Shown piece by piece: positions 8,561 through 19,056 of a DNA stretch of 64,000 bases (its first letter is position 1; every line of letters starts with the position of its first letter). The stretch covers positions 480,001 through 544,000 of the forward strand of contig OZ242365.1 in NCBI GenBank assembly GCA_965208905.1. Reading direction: 5' to 3'. The DNA is from Nitrosopumilaceae archaeon (GTDB lineage: Archaea > Thermoproteota > Nitrososphaeria > Nitrososphaerales > Nitrosopumilaceae). Below the pieces are notes generated by a model that had not been told where the DNA came from, made no database searches, and saw only the letters and a list, made by a program, of their open reading frames with translations. Position numbers and translations under genes: made by a program.

Positions 8561-9244
8561 TTATGCGTGGGGGAGGGGGAGTGCAGAGGGGAGAGGGGGG
8601 ATTTCCTCGAATAATTCTACATACCTAAGATTTGTTGGGATTTTTACTGATATACCATCTAACTTATAATTATTACAAAAACCTAATCGCCGTCCTTCAT
8701 CCACACATTTGAAGCATCTTTTCCGTCTGTTTGGGTTTGGTAAGAATAACTTCCCACATATGTTATATCTATCTCCCACTCTGGCACCAATACACCGACG
8801 TGGTGTCACTATGAAGATGTTGGTAACGGTGTCTCTTTTCATACCTATTCTACAATTACACATTAATGCAGCCGCAACCATAACACCATTAGGCACATAC
8901 CTTGACTTAAAACCATCAACGCTTAACGACTCCGCCAGATGTTTTAACGTGTGGCTACCTATGCTACGTTTTGAGTGTTTACATAAAGCCAAAAATCTTA
9001 AAGCCGCACCTAAGGGACTGGTTGACATGTCTTCCTTTACATAACCCATCATTACGTTTTTTCTCTTTGTTGGTGTACCTAAGTATCCATAATTATTATA
9101 TGATACACCCTGCGGAAATATTCCTTCATAACATATGTTATACTTGTAAAGTACTAACCTCATAGACTTAAACCTCATATCAAAATCCACTAGTAACTCC
9201 TTAGCCATTATAGAAAGGTCGTACGGGTCTAACTCAATTCCCAT
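8561..9244 (-). CDS. Phage-type hypothetical protein
   Basis: 'SHTLKHLAE...YVPNG..VAAA' resembles, from recall, a S-x-x-L-K-H...Y-x-x-N-G motif of phage hypotheticals; Cys-rich C-terminus; AT-rich. Confidence 0.6.
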   Translation of the reverse strand: MGIELDPYDLSIMAKELLVDFDMRFKSMRLVLYKYNICYEGIFPQGVSYNNYGYLGTPTKRKNVMMGYVKEDMSTSPLGAALRFLALCKHSKRSIGSHTLKHLAESLSVDGFKSRYVPNGVMVAAALMCNCRIGMKRDTVTNIFIVTPRRCIGARVGDRYNICGKLFLPNPNRRKRCFKCVDEGRRLGFCNNYKLDGISVKIPTNLRYVELFEEIPPLPSALPLPHA

Positions 9245-9409
9245 ATGTTACACATACATCATTCTTATTTTTATAGTTGGTGAATTGGGATTCTAGATTT
9301 TCCTGGGTTGTGGTTGTTAAATTATATATTTTACATGGTAATAAAATATAGATGGTCATGCTAGTCATACCATACTAACTCTATTTATATTATATTTTTT
9401 TATATCTCC

Positions 9410-9580
9410 GGTTCTGGGAAATCAACGGGACATGACATGTAGTGGGAAATTAGGGACATAAAAAATGAGGGATTAAGATGTTGATTCTGCGGCTGCTCGA
9501 ATGAGGGTTAGGTACTTGCTATTGCCCTCGATAGTGATACCTGCGGCTTCCATGTCATGTCCCGTTGATTTCCCAGAACC
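9410..9580. mobile_element. 171-bp MITE with perfect 30-bp terminal inverted repeats (IS6-like GGTTCTG terminus)
   Basis: ggttctgggaaatcaacgggacatgacatg (9410-9439) and its exact reverse complement (9551-9580); no TSD. Confidence 0.8.
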
Positions 9581-9643
9581 TAACGAACATAATTTTCATA
9601 TAAAACAGAATACTATTCAATACAAAAAATTTTTAGGTGTCTA

Positions 9644-11929
9644 TTGGATAGTAATCAAATGCAAGTAGTTTGGATGCTACCCTTCATTGCGCTGTCTATC
9701 TTTGCTGTGAGTATAACCATGAATCCTGTGGCGTTTGCCGATGATACAGTTACCGAGGTTACCACTGCCCAGGGAGCTTCGGTAGTTGGCTGCGATGCCA
9801 CCAATACATGCTTTATGCCACATACAGTTACCATAAACATGGGGGACACTGTCAAATGGCCTAACAATGACACAACCATACACACTGCTGTCAGTGGGGT
9901 GCTGACCGAAGGCGGGCCGGATGGACGATTCCACAGTGGAGAGATAAGATCAAATCAAAGTTTCTCGTATACCTTTGAAGAAGCAGGAGAGTATCCATAC
10001 TACTGTGTCTTGCACACCTGGATGTCCGGACTTGTTATTGTCCAAGAAGCTGCAGGGGACGGTGGGGGGATTGAGCCGCATACGAAAAATGGGGATACAG
10101 TTATGCCTGCAGATGAGAGTTTGCAAGCGCAGATAGACGAGCTGACAGCTAAAATTGAAGAGCTAAAGGCGCAGATGCAGGAGGCAGATGACAGTATACA
10201 GTATGATGATGACCGCTTTGTCACCATATGGCAGACACAATCCCCTGGCGAGTCAATCACCATACCCGTAGGAGGGGCAACTGGCCAGTATACAGTAGAT
10301 TGGGGAGATGGTAGCATTACCACGCATGCAGAAGACGCCACTCATGTATATGGAACTCCTGGAAATCACACTGTGCAGATATATGGTAACTTTACCAGAA
10401 TACATTTGGGGGAAGATCACATTAGCGCTTCCAAGATACTCTCCATAGAGCAGTGGGGCACTACAAAGTGGGCCACAATGGAGTCGGCGTTTAAGGGCGC
10501 AGTTAGGATGGGATACAATGCAGAAGACGCACCTGACCTCTCGGAAGTCACAGATACATCCTCCATGTTCTCCAGTGCTTTTGCATTCAATGGGGATATT
10601 TCATCCTGGGATGTTTCATCTGTGACGGACATGTCATCTATGTTCCGCTTTGCCGTCGTGTTCAACCAGCCTCTGAATTCATGGGATGTGTCGTCGGTGA
10701 CGGACATGAACAACATGTTTACGGGCGCTGCCTCGTTCAACCAGCCTCTGAATTCATGGGATGTTTCATCTGTAAAAGATATGTCGTTCATGTTCTTTCG
10801 CGCCACATTCTTCAACGGTGATGTTTCAACCTGGGATACATCTTCTGTGACAGATATGGCATATACGTTTACTTATGCCTCCACATTCAACCAGCCTCTG
10901 GATTCATGGGATGTTTCATCTGTAAACGACATGTTCATTATGTTCAGTGGAGCATCGTCGTTCAACCAGCCTCTGAATTCATGGGATGTGTCGTCTGTGA
11001 CAAGTATGGAGCGCATGTTCAGCCATGCACACGCTTTCAACCAACCGCTCGATAACTGGGATGTCTCATCGGTGACAAGTATGGGGCGCATGTTTGGTGA
11101 TGCGCCCTCGTTCAACCAGCCTCTGAATTCCTGGGACACCTCGTCGGTGAGGGATATGGAGCGCATGTTCAATGGTGCTTCCTCGTTCAACCAACCCATT
11201 GATTCATGGGATGTGTCGTCGGTGACAGATATGGCGCGCATGTTCCATAACGCCGCCTCGTTCAACCAACCCATTGATTCATGGGATGTGTCGTCGGTGA
11301 CAGATATGGAGCGCATGTTCTTGTTTGCTGCAGCTTTCAATCAGCCTTTGGATTCATGGGATGTGTCGTCGGTGACAGATATGGAGCATATGTTTGCGCA
11401 TACAAATATCTTCAACCAACCTCTTAACTCTTGGGACACCTCGTCGGTGAGGGATATGAACAATATGTTTGCACTGGCATTATTCTTTAACCAACCTCTT
11501 GATTCCTGGGATGTGTCGTCGGTGAGGGATATGAACAATATGTTTGCGCATGCTTCCTTCTTCAACCAACCTCTTGATTCCTGGGATGTGTCGTCGGTGA
11601 GGGATATGTCGTATATGTTCCTCAGCGCCGATGCCTTCAACCAGCCTCTGAATTCATGGGATGTGTCGTCGGTGAGGGATATGGCATCCATGTTCTGGTT
11701 TGCCCACGCATTCAACCAACCTCTTGATTCCTGGGATGTGTCGTCGGTGACAGATATGGAGCGCATGTTTAATCATGCCTCCTCGTTCAACCAGCCTCTG
11801 GACTCATGGGATGTATCATCTGTGACCAACATGGAACGAATGTTCGACTTTGCTCATGCTTTTAACCAAGACCTGAGCAGTTGGTATACCACATCTAATG
11901 GTGATGAGTCCGGTAGCGACGACACGTAG
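9644..11929 (+). CDS. Surface protein: signal peptide + cupredoxin + PKD-like + BspA-type DUF285 leucine-rich repeats
   Basis: Type-1 Cu ligands H...YYCVLHTWM; [11 protein letters not shown] motif; 18 x 25-aa MxxMFxxAxxFNQPLxSWDVSSVxD repeats. Confidence 0.9.
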   Translation: MDSNQMQVVWMLPFIALSIFAVSITMNPVAFADDTVTEVTTAQGASVVGCDATNTCFMPHTVTINMGDTVKWPNNDTTIHTAVSGVLTEGGPDGRFHSGEIRSNQSFSYTFEEAGEYPYYCVLHTWMSGLVIVQEAAGDGGGIEPHTKNGDTVMPADESLQAQIDELTAKIEELKAQMQEADDSIQYDDDRFVTIWQTQSPGESITIPVGGATGQYTVDWGDGSITTHAEDATHVYGTPGNHTVQIYGNFTRIHLGEDHISASKILSIEQWGTTKWATMESAFKGAVRMGYNAEDAPDLSEVTDTSSMFSSAFAFNGDISSWDVSSVTDMSSMFRFAVVFNQPLNSWDVSSVTDMNNMFTGAASFNQPLNSWDVSSVKDMSFMFFRATFFNGDVSTWDTSSVTDMAYTFTYASTFNQPLDSWDVSSVNDMFIMFSGASSFNQPLNSWDVSSVTSMERMFSHAHAFNQPLDNWDVSSVTSMGRMFGDAPSFNQPLNSWDTSSVRDMERMFNGASSFNQPIDSWDVSSVTDMARMFHNAASFNQPIDSWDVSSVTDMERMFLFAAAFNQPLDSWDVSSVTDMEHMFAHTNIFNQPLNSWDTSSVRDMNNMFALALFFNQPLDSWDVSSVRDMNNMFAHASFFNQPLDSWDVSSVRDMSYMFLSADAFNQPLNSWDVSSVRDMASMFWFAHAFNQPLDSWDVSSVTDMERMFNHASSFNQPLDSWDVSSVTNMERMFDFAHAFNQDLSSWYTTSNGDESGSDDT
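10540..11885 (+). repeat. 75-bp coding tandem repeats (~18 copies)
   Basis: Recurring ttcaaccagcctctg.attcatgggatgtgtcgtcggtga with variable intervening codons. Confidence 0.9.
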
Positions 11930-11936
11930 ATGCACA

Positions 11937-12845
11937 TTATGACTCAATATAGTGAGAATGTAACTGTCTGGTCCCAATGTGACCTTGTGTTCCAGCACTA
12001 CCATCATCGCCAGTTATGCTATTGATGATATCGATTATTGCAGTTGTCTGTTCAGCAACCACCGATGGGGCTCCCTGTTGATTATACGCCGCATTAAGGG
12101 ACTTGTAGTGGCGGCTTAGATCATTGGAATCTTCTATATCCGACTTTATCTCATCAAATATCTCCCGAGACCGAATGACAAAGGCAGTGCCATCTTGTAG
12201 TTCGGCAAGATTAGTCAAGGAGCCGCCCTCAAAGGCCACACCATACTCCACTATGGATGTCTCAAGGAGTGACTTTATCAAGAGTAGTTTGAAGTTTGGA
12301 TCATTACTAAGAGTATCGCCGACCACCAAAGTACGCGCCTCCTCGACTAGCTCTATTGCATCATCAATCGCGGCCTGAGCTTGTGCTTTGGACACAGTAA
12401 CGGTTGCTTCATCTTTGAGATCACTGAGTGTATTAAAGAATCATTGATCAAATGCAGGGTCTGCGGCCTGCAGTTGGGGCTTCATGACATCATACAACTC
12501 GGCTATCGGGTGGGTTGCGTGAGTTACTGCCAGCTCGGCGTTATTCTCGTCTAGATTGAGCTCCAATGCCCAAAAGTGTCCGAGTGCCTCTTCAAGTCCA
12601 GCAGCAAAGGCCAAGTTTTCTTGAGTTATACCTCCTGTTATGATATCAATTCTGTCAATAAATCCATTTGTGAGATCTGCAACCGTAGCTGGTGAGACTG
12701 TGTTGGCGCATGCTGGCCAAAGACTTGCATAGATGCTTTCAATGTTGCTAGCATCACCGTCGCTAATCTCTGAGCTTATCTCGTTGAATATCTGTTGCGA
12801 CCTCCAGACAAAGGCAGAACCATCTTGGTCAGTCTCATCTTCAAG
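11937..12845 (-). pseudogene. Disrupted thaumarchaeal helical secreted protein (PEFG-CTERM-type family)
   Basis: Continuous frame DQDGSAFVWRSQQIF...ALGHFWALELNLDENNAELAVTHATHPIAELY...DQ*FFN... with in-frame TGA at 12441-12443; N-terminus missing. Confidence 0.65.
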
Positions 12846-13324
12846 TCAAGTCATTACTTTGTGTTTGGCGCGCACATTATAGAAAAACGGTTGCTGGTTA
12901 AGAGGAAGAAGCACAAAATTGTGGTACTTGATATGTTCGGCAGATCAAAGGTCTCATTGGATCATGGGGAGGTCCTTTGTGTGAACAAGACAACTGTTAC
13001 TGACACTCTAGATGGGTTCTTTAACTCGAAGCATTTTGGCATAATGTCCGAGTTTCCGGTAGCGGTGATGATGGCCGCATAGGCGCCCGGTCGGTGGACG
13101 CTGAGACTATGCTTATCTGGGTACCGTCGTTTATGGCAAACCGGTGCGAGTCGCCGTCGAACTTTATCAGATAGGCGAGGTTCTGTCCGTCCAAGAAGGC
13201 GTTCCGGGCGGACATGACTTGAATTGATGCAGATACGCAGCGGAGTGGAAAACCCCCAACGACTCACCGCAAGGAGGAGTCAATCCAAATTCTAATAGGT
13301 GGGAACATACCAACTGTTAGCTAC

Positions 13325-16183
13325 TTGCCCACAGACAGAGTTACTTTTCAGGTCCCACAGAAGAACCCACATGATAAAAGACTTTTACCTAATCAGTACG
13401 GGATACTGACATTGGGCTCTGTGCTCATGCTTGTGGCGGCCCTAGTCTTGATGGTGTCTATTGCAAGCCAAGCATATGCCCAATCAGACGAAAAATTGGT
13501 CAGGTTGGAGACAAGCCAGGGTGAGATAATCATAGAGCTCTTCGTACAAGACGCTCCCAATCACGTGGACAACTTTGTGTATTTGGTCGAGTCTGGGTTT
13601 TATGACGGAACAGTCTTTCACAGGGTGATCAACAATTTTTTGATCCAGGGAGGGGATCCGAATACAATTAGTGGCGATACTACAACTTGGGGAACAGGTG
13701 GCAGTGCAGAGACGATAGAATCCGAGTTTAACGACATCCGGCACCACCGCGGTATAGTTTCCATGACAAGGGCTGGCGACCCGAACAGCGCCAGTTCCCA
13801 GTTCTTTATAGTCCTGAAGGACGCAAACTTCCTCAACGGGCAGTATACGGTCTTTGGGAGGGTTGCTACCGAGGGAAGTTTCCAGACCTTAGAGGGCATA
13901 GCCACCACTCCGATAGGCGCCGAGGCCATACCGCTGGATCCGGAGCAGGCCAGAATCATAAGCGCTTCGGTCGTAAGCCGCTCTGAGGTGTCCGGTTTAC
14001 TTGATCTGCCTGAGCCCGAACGCACCCACTCGGTCATGGGCCCGCTCACTGATCGCCAGATACTTGAGAGCATCCCGTATGGTCTGGACTTTGATGCCAC
14101 CTCCCCCCAGTACCCAGGCTTGGGCGTGAAGGTGGAGGTTGTGGCAGAGAATCTAATCGTTCCTTGGAGCATCGACTGGACGCCGGACGGAACGGTGCTA
14201 TTCACTGAGAGGGGCGGCAACCTGCGGTACATCCAGAACGGAGTACTGGTACCAGAACCGTTACTGACCATCTCTGCCAATACCGTTGAGGGCGGACTGC
14301 TGGGGATCGCCGTGGATCCCAACTTCCAAGACAACAACTACATCTACCTCTACTACACATATGACAAGCCTGACTCTAACACCAACGCCAACAAGATCGT
14401 TCGCTACACGTTCATTGATGAGAATGTTGTCGAGAGTTTGGTGCTGATAGAAGATATTCCCGGGGGAGCCTTCCATGATGGAGGCCGCATACAGTTTGGG
14501 CCAGATGGCAAGCTCTACATAGCCACTGGAGATGGGGGCCATCCTGACTTGGCGCAGGATATAGACTCGCTGGCCGGAAAGATCCTCCGAATCAACCCGG
14601 ACGGGACGATTCCTGAGGACAACCCATTTGAGGGCTCACCGGTCTGGTCGCTGGGGCACAGGAATCCGCAGGGGATGGACTGGGACGAGTCAGGTAACTT
14701 AGTCATAACCGAGCATGGTCCCTCCGGATGGAAGGGGGTAGCTCACGACGAACTTAACCTGATAACCCCGGGTGCCAACTATGGCTGGCCGACCATCATC
14801 GGAGATGAGGCGGCTGCGGGCATGCAAACAGCCATCTTCAACACCGGCAATGACACTTGGGCGCCGTCGGGAGCCGAATTCTATGAGGGGGACAAGATAC
14901 CCCAGTGGACTGGCAAGTACTTTGTCGCCACCCTCCGGGGAAGCCACCTACATATGATCGACTTTGACCTGCAAGAGAATACCGTGGTCTCTCACTCAAG
15001 GCTCTTTCAGGACGAGTTCGGGCGGCTGCGGGATGTGCAGACAGGGCCGGACGGATACTTGTATCTCCTCACCAGCAACCGTGACGGCAGGGGAACTGCA
15101 AGCCCCACCGACGACAGGATTCTCAGGATAGTTCCGCTCTCAGAGTCGGATGTGTCCGGGGATATCTTTGAGGGCGGCATTGCCTCTTACGAGAGGACTA
15201 TAGTCGTGGACGGTACTGAATACTACATCGGGTACGAGATGACAGGAGGCGAATTGTTAGGGATAGTACCAGATGCCGATGCCAAGTCACTGATTGTCAG
15301 TGTTGATGCAACCTCCCATGGCTCGCTTACCTTGGCCATACCCAGAACGGTGGCCGATTCCAAGGTAGCAAGCGAGTACGGCGACTACCGTGTACCAGAA
15401 GGAATGCTGCAGTTTGGCCGCGACAGCGCCAGCCTCCTCAATGACCTTGACTATGTCATATTGGTGGACGACGAGATAGCCGACTTTGAGGAGACTGTAT
15501 CAGCAACGACGCGGACACTAACCATAGAGTTCTCTCCGAAGACAAAAGTCATCGAAATAGTTGGTACCTTCGTGCAGGCACCAGCTGACATCCTTGATGG
15601 TGAGAGTAGTCCTAGCGATACTGTCTCACTAATAATAGGCGGCGTGGATCTGAGTCAAGCATCGCCACGGCTTGGTAGCGCCGATGCATCCGTTACTATA
15701 ATCGAGTTTGGCGACTACCAATGTCCCAGATGCAAATCGTGGTTTGACAGCACAAAGCCTCAGATAGACTCCAACTATATCGACACCGGGATGGTCAACC
15801 TATACTATGTGGATGTCAAGTACATCGGAGGCGATTCTCATACTGCATCAATAGCTACCTATTGCGCCCAGGATCAGGGCAGGTACTGGGAGTACCACGA
15901 CATCCTATTCGAAAATCAAAGAGGCGTTCACAGTGGTTGGGCCAGTGCCAGCAACCTAGTAGGATTCGCTGAGGATATCGGCCTTGATACTACTGTGTTT
16001 GAGTCATGCCTACAGTCCAGTGAGCAGAGGGAACGGTTAGACTTCAATGCGGAACAGGGAACGGCACACGGAGTACGCGGCACCCCACACTTCATCATAG
16101 TAGGTCCAGAAGACTCGGTTCACATAAGAGGACCTCAGCCGTATAGCTCGTTTGATGCCACTATTCAAGAACTTTTGAACTGA
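13325..16183 (+). CDS. Secreted fusion: cyclophilin PPIase + PQQ-type glucose/sorbosone dehydrogenase propeller + PEFG-like domain + DsbA thioredoxin
   Basis: FYDGTVFHRVI..F.IQGGDP; HDGGRIQFGPDGKLY and GHRNPQG; DAKSLIVSV...LAIPR; EFGDYQCPRC...GTP; true start probably ~13412-13427. Confidence 0.88.
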   Translation: MPTDRVTFQVPQKNPHDKRLLPNQYGILTLGSVLMLVAALVLMVSIASQAYAQSDEKLVRLETSQGEIIIELFVQDAPNHVDNFVYLVESGFYDGTVFHRVINNFLIQGGDPNTISGDTTTWGTGGSAETIESEFNDIRHHRGIVSMTRAGDPNSASSQFFIVLKDANFLNGQYTVFGRVATEGSFQTLEGIATTPIGAEAIPLDPEQARIISASVVSRSEVSGLLDLPEPERTHSVMGPLTDRQILESIPYGLDFDATSPQYPGLGVKVEVVAENLIVPWSIDWTPDGTVLFTERGGNLRYIQNGVLVPEPLLTISANTVEGGLLGIAVDPNFQDNNYIYLYYTYDKPDSNTNANKIVRYTFIDENVVESLVLIEDIPGGAFHDGGRIQFGPDGKLYIATGDGGHPDLAQDIDSLAGKILRINPDGTIPEDNPFEGSPVWSLGHRNPQGMDWDESGNLVITEHGPSGWKGVAHDELNLITPGANYGWPTIIGDEAAAGMQTAIFNTGNDTWAPSGAEFYEGDKIPQWTGKYFVATLRGSHLHMIDFDLQENTVVSHSRLFQDEFGRLRDVQTGPDGYLYLLTSNRDGRGTASPTDDRILRIVPLSESDVSGDIFEGGIASYERTIVVDGTEYYIGYEMTGGELLGIVPDADAKSLIVSVDATSHGSLTLAIPRTVADSKVASEYGDYRVPEGMLQFGRDSASLLNDLDYVILVDDEIADFEETVSATTRTLTIEFSPKTKVIEIVGTFVQAPADILDGESSPSDTVSLIIGGVDLSQASPRLGSADASVTIIEFGDYQCPRCKSWFDSTKPQIDSNYIDTGMVNLYYVDVKYIGGDSHTASIATYCAQDQGRYWEYHDILFENQRGVHSGWASASNLVGFAEDIGLDTTVFESCLQSSEQRERLDFNAEQGTAHGVRGTPHFIIVGPEDSVHIRGPQPYSSFDATIQELLN

Positions 16184-16487
16184 ACCGGATAGTCTACAGG
16201 CTCAAAGATATCTGTCGATACCAGATAATGCACCGAACAGGTAGATTCTTGTGATGGTATGTAATAGTTCGGCCACTAACATGAAGCACCTGACAGGCAG
16301 TGGCAGACTGTTGGTTCTGCGTGTCTTGCCCAGGATGGGGTGACGCACACTTCTTCCCGGTGATGGGAAGGTGCGGCAGATCTGCTTCGGGTATGTGACC
16401 ACAAATCCGCATACGGTAAAGATTAGCAATAATCTCTGATCAAACCAACGTGTCTATAGATAGGTCCCAATAAAGTTGATTGTTAGA

Positions 16488-16561
16488 CGGGTCTAGAGGG
16501 ATTCGAACCCTCGACAGCCGGATTAAAAGTCCGGTGCGCTACCTGGCTGCGCTATAGACCC
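16488..16561 (-). tRNA. tRNA-Lys(TTT)
   Basis: GGGTCTATAGCGCAGCCAGGTAGCGCACCGGACTTTTAATCCGGCTGTCGAGGGTTCGAATCCCTCTAGACCCG folds as a cloverleaf; anticodon loop CT-TTT-AA. Confidence 0.95.
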
Positions 16562-16865
16562 TACCAAAAAAATGTATTGTGCGCAATTTAGTCTTTTAGA
16601 GAGGAGTATGACAATCGTTCAATATTTCCACAGTATGACATTGTCAGAGTGTATTTACCTATCCAAGGTGTATATGCCGTATATTACATAATTTGCACTG
16701 CCAAAGTAGAAGCCGATGGTTCCAAAGACAAGGACAACCTTCAGGACTAAAGGCCAGGTTAAAGTAGTATTATCTTTGGAGAGAACAACAACACGAAAAT
16801 AAAAGATTTGGTTCACTGGATAATTTTTCACAAAGATATAAAAATCGTGTATACTTATTTGACTC

Positions 16866-19052
16866 ATGGCAGGGCAGTCGCTGAATCTAAAGGTATTGGA
16901 GGCATACACACGAGATGTAGGAAGGGGAGTAGCCCGTATAGACTATGACTCCATGGATACGCTGAATGCGTCCACCGGAGATGTTATTGAGATTAAAGGA
17001 AAACGCAGAACGGTAGCCAAATGTCTTCCGTTATACCCATCAGATGAGGGTAAGGGTATAATACGTATTGATGGTTTGGGTAGAAACAACTCTGGAATAG
17101 CCATAGGTGATACCATATCGGTACGCAAGATAAAGGCAGTTCCCGCAGAAAAGGTAGCCGTAGCTCCTCTAGAGGCAATACCACCAATTGATGAGAGGTA
17201 TCTGGCCGATGCACTGGAGAGTGTTCCTCTTATAAAGGGAGACAATGTTATGGTGCCCTACTTTGGAGGCAGGCTAACATTTCAGGTTATTGGAGTAACG
17301 CCTGGATCAGATGCAGTCTTGGTGATGCAAAAGACAGTATTTCATATAGCTGAAAAGGGTGAGACGCTTCGTGGCGTGCCACAAGTAACATATGAGGATA
17401 TTGGTGGGCTGACTGATGAGATTAAAAAGGTTCGGGAGATGATCGAACTACCACTAAGACATCCTGAGATATTTGAAAAGTTAGGGATAGAGGCTCCCAA
17501 GGGCGTGCTGCTGTACGGCCCGCCAGGAACTGGTAAGACGCTACTAGCAAAGGCTGTAGCCAACGAGTCTAACGCTCACTTTATATCAATATCTGGTCCA
17601 GAGATAATGTCAAAGTTTTACGGCGAATCCGAAGCCCGACTGCGAGAGATATTCAAGGAGGCTAGAGAGAAGGCGCCCTCCATAATATTTATAGATGAGA
17701 TTGACTCTATAGCACCAAAACGTGAAGAGGTCACCGGTGAGGTAGAGAGACGTGTAGTATCTCAGATGCTCTCGTTGATGGATGGGCTTGAAGCTCGGGG
17801 CAAAGTTATAGTGATATCTGCCACCAACCGACCCAATGCCATAGATCCGGCCTTGAGACGTCCAGGACGATTCGACCGCGAGATCGAGATTCGAGTGCCT
17901 GATAAGAAGGGGCGCAAGGATATACTATCAATCCATACACGCAACATGCCTCTACTCTTGGACAAAGAGAGTAATGAGTTTGTGCAGCTGGACAGGGTGG
18001 CGGCGGTCAGTCACGGATATGTGGGTGCTGACTTAGAGTATCTCTGTAAAGAGGCTGCCATGAAATGCCTAAGGAGGCTTCTGCCAGAACTAAACTTGGA
18101 AGATGAAAAGATACCCAGCGAAACACTAGACAAACTTGTTGTTAACAACTCGGACTTTCAAAAGGCCCTAATTGAGGTGACCGCTTCGGGAATGCGGGAG
18201 GTATTCATTGAGAATCCTGATGTCAAATGGGACGATGTGGGCGGCCTGACCGATGTCAAGCGTGAACTACAAGAGGCAGTAGAGTGGCCCATGAAGCATC
18301 CTGGATTATACGATAAGTTAGGCCACCGTATGCCAAAAGGAATTCTATTACACGGTCCTAGTGGTACTGGCAAGACACTATTGGCAAAGGCAGTGGCTAC
18401 CGAGAGTGAGGCCAACTTTGTCTCAGTGCGCGGTCCAGAGTTGCTATCAAAATGGGTTGGTGAATCCGAGAGGGGTATTCGTGAGATATTTCGTCGTGCC
18501 CGACAAGGCTCCCCCTGTGTCATATTCTTTGATGAGATTGACTCGATAGCTCCTGTGCGCGGAGCCGGTGGTGAGACGGCAGTGACCGAGAGGGTGGTGA
18601 GTCAACTACTTACTGAACTAGACGGTATGGAGAATATGCATGGTGTTATTGTTTTGGCGGCCACCAACAGAGCAGACATAATAGATACCGCACTGTTGCG
18701 ACCCGGCAGATTTGATAAAATAATACAGATACCACTACCTGACAAGGATAGCCGGCGAAGCATCATAGAGATTCACTCCAAAGATATTGCAGCTGCCGAT
18801 GATGTCGATTTTGAAAAGTTATCAGAGATAACCGATGGCATGAGTGGGGCCGATACCGCCTCCATAGCCAACACTGCCGTATCATTAGTCATACATGAAT
18901 TCTTAGATGAGGACGTTGATGTCAAGGAGATTGAAAAGCGCTCTGCCGGTGCAAAAGTTACAATGAGTCACTTTGAAGAAGCAGTAAGAAAAGTTCGTGA
19001 ACAGAAAGACCTGAAACTACAAGAGACATTGGTGGCTCCATACTACCGTTAA
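16866..19052 (+). CDS. cdc48: CDC48/VCP family AAA ATPase
   Basis: CDC48 N-domain; two AAA modules ([16 protein letters not shown]). Confidence 0.97.
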   Translation: MAGQSLNLKVLEAYTRDVGRGVARIDYDSMDTLNASTGDVIEIKGKRRTVAKCLPLYPSDEGKGIIRIDGLGRNNSGIAIGDTISVRKIKAVPAEKVAVAPLEAIPPIDERYLADALESVPLIKGDNVMVPYFGGRLTFQVIGVTPGSDAVLVMQKTVFHIAEKGETLRGVPQVTYEDIGGLTDEIKKVREMIELPLRHPEIFEKLGIEAPKGVLLYGPPGTGKTLLAKAVANESNAHFISISGPEIMSKFYGESEARLREIFKEAREKAPSIIFIDEIDSIAPKREEVTGEVERRVVSQMLSLMDGLEARGKVIVISATNRPNAIDPALRRPGRFDREIEIRVPDKKGRKDILSIHTRNMPLLLDKESNEFVQLDRVAAVSHGYVGADLEYLCKEAAMKCLRRLLPELNLEDEKIPSETLDKLVVNNSDFQKALIEVTASGMREVFIENPDVKWDDVGGLTDVKRELQEAVEWPMKHPGLYDKLGHRMPKGILLHGPSGTGKTLLAKAVATESEANFVSVRGPELLSKWVGESERGIREIFRRARQGSPCVIFFDEIDSIAPVRGAGGETAVTERVVSQLLTELDGMENMHGVIVLAATNRADIIDTALLRPGRFDKIIQIPLPDKDSRRSIIEIHSKDIAAADDVDFEKLSEITDGMSGADTASIANTAVSLVIHEFLDEDVDVKEIEKRSAGAKVTMSHFEEAVRKVREQKDLKLQETLVAPYYR

Positions 19053-19056
19053 CACC

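Larger units (their letters stand above)
1..9250 (-). mobile_element. Provirus-like / integrated element remnant
   Basis: Almost all genes on minus strand, many short ATGA-coupled ORFs, P-loop ATPase, Zn-finger, RHH-like and membrane proteins, no housekeeping genes; no integrase or att site in window. Confidence 0.6.

Noticed and set aside
10540-11885. CRISPR-like repeat/variable-spacer periodicity
   Set aside because: 75-bp in-frame coding repeats of a DUF285 protein; no cas genes or leader.
12441-12443. In-frame TGA as selenocysteine or readthrough
   Set aside because: The gene is also 5'-truncated and surrounded by debris; pseudogenisation is simpler.
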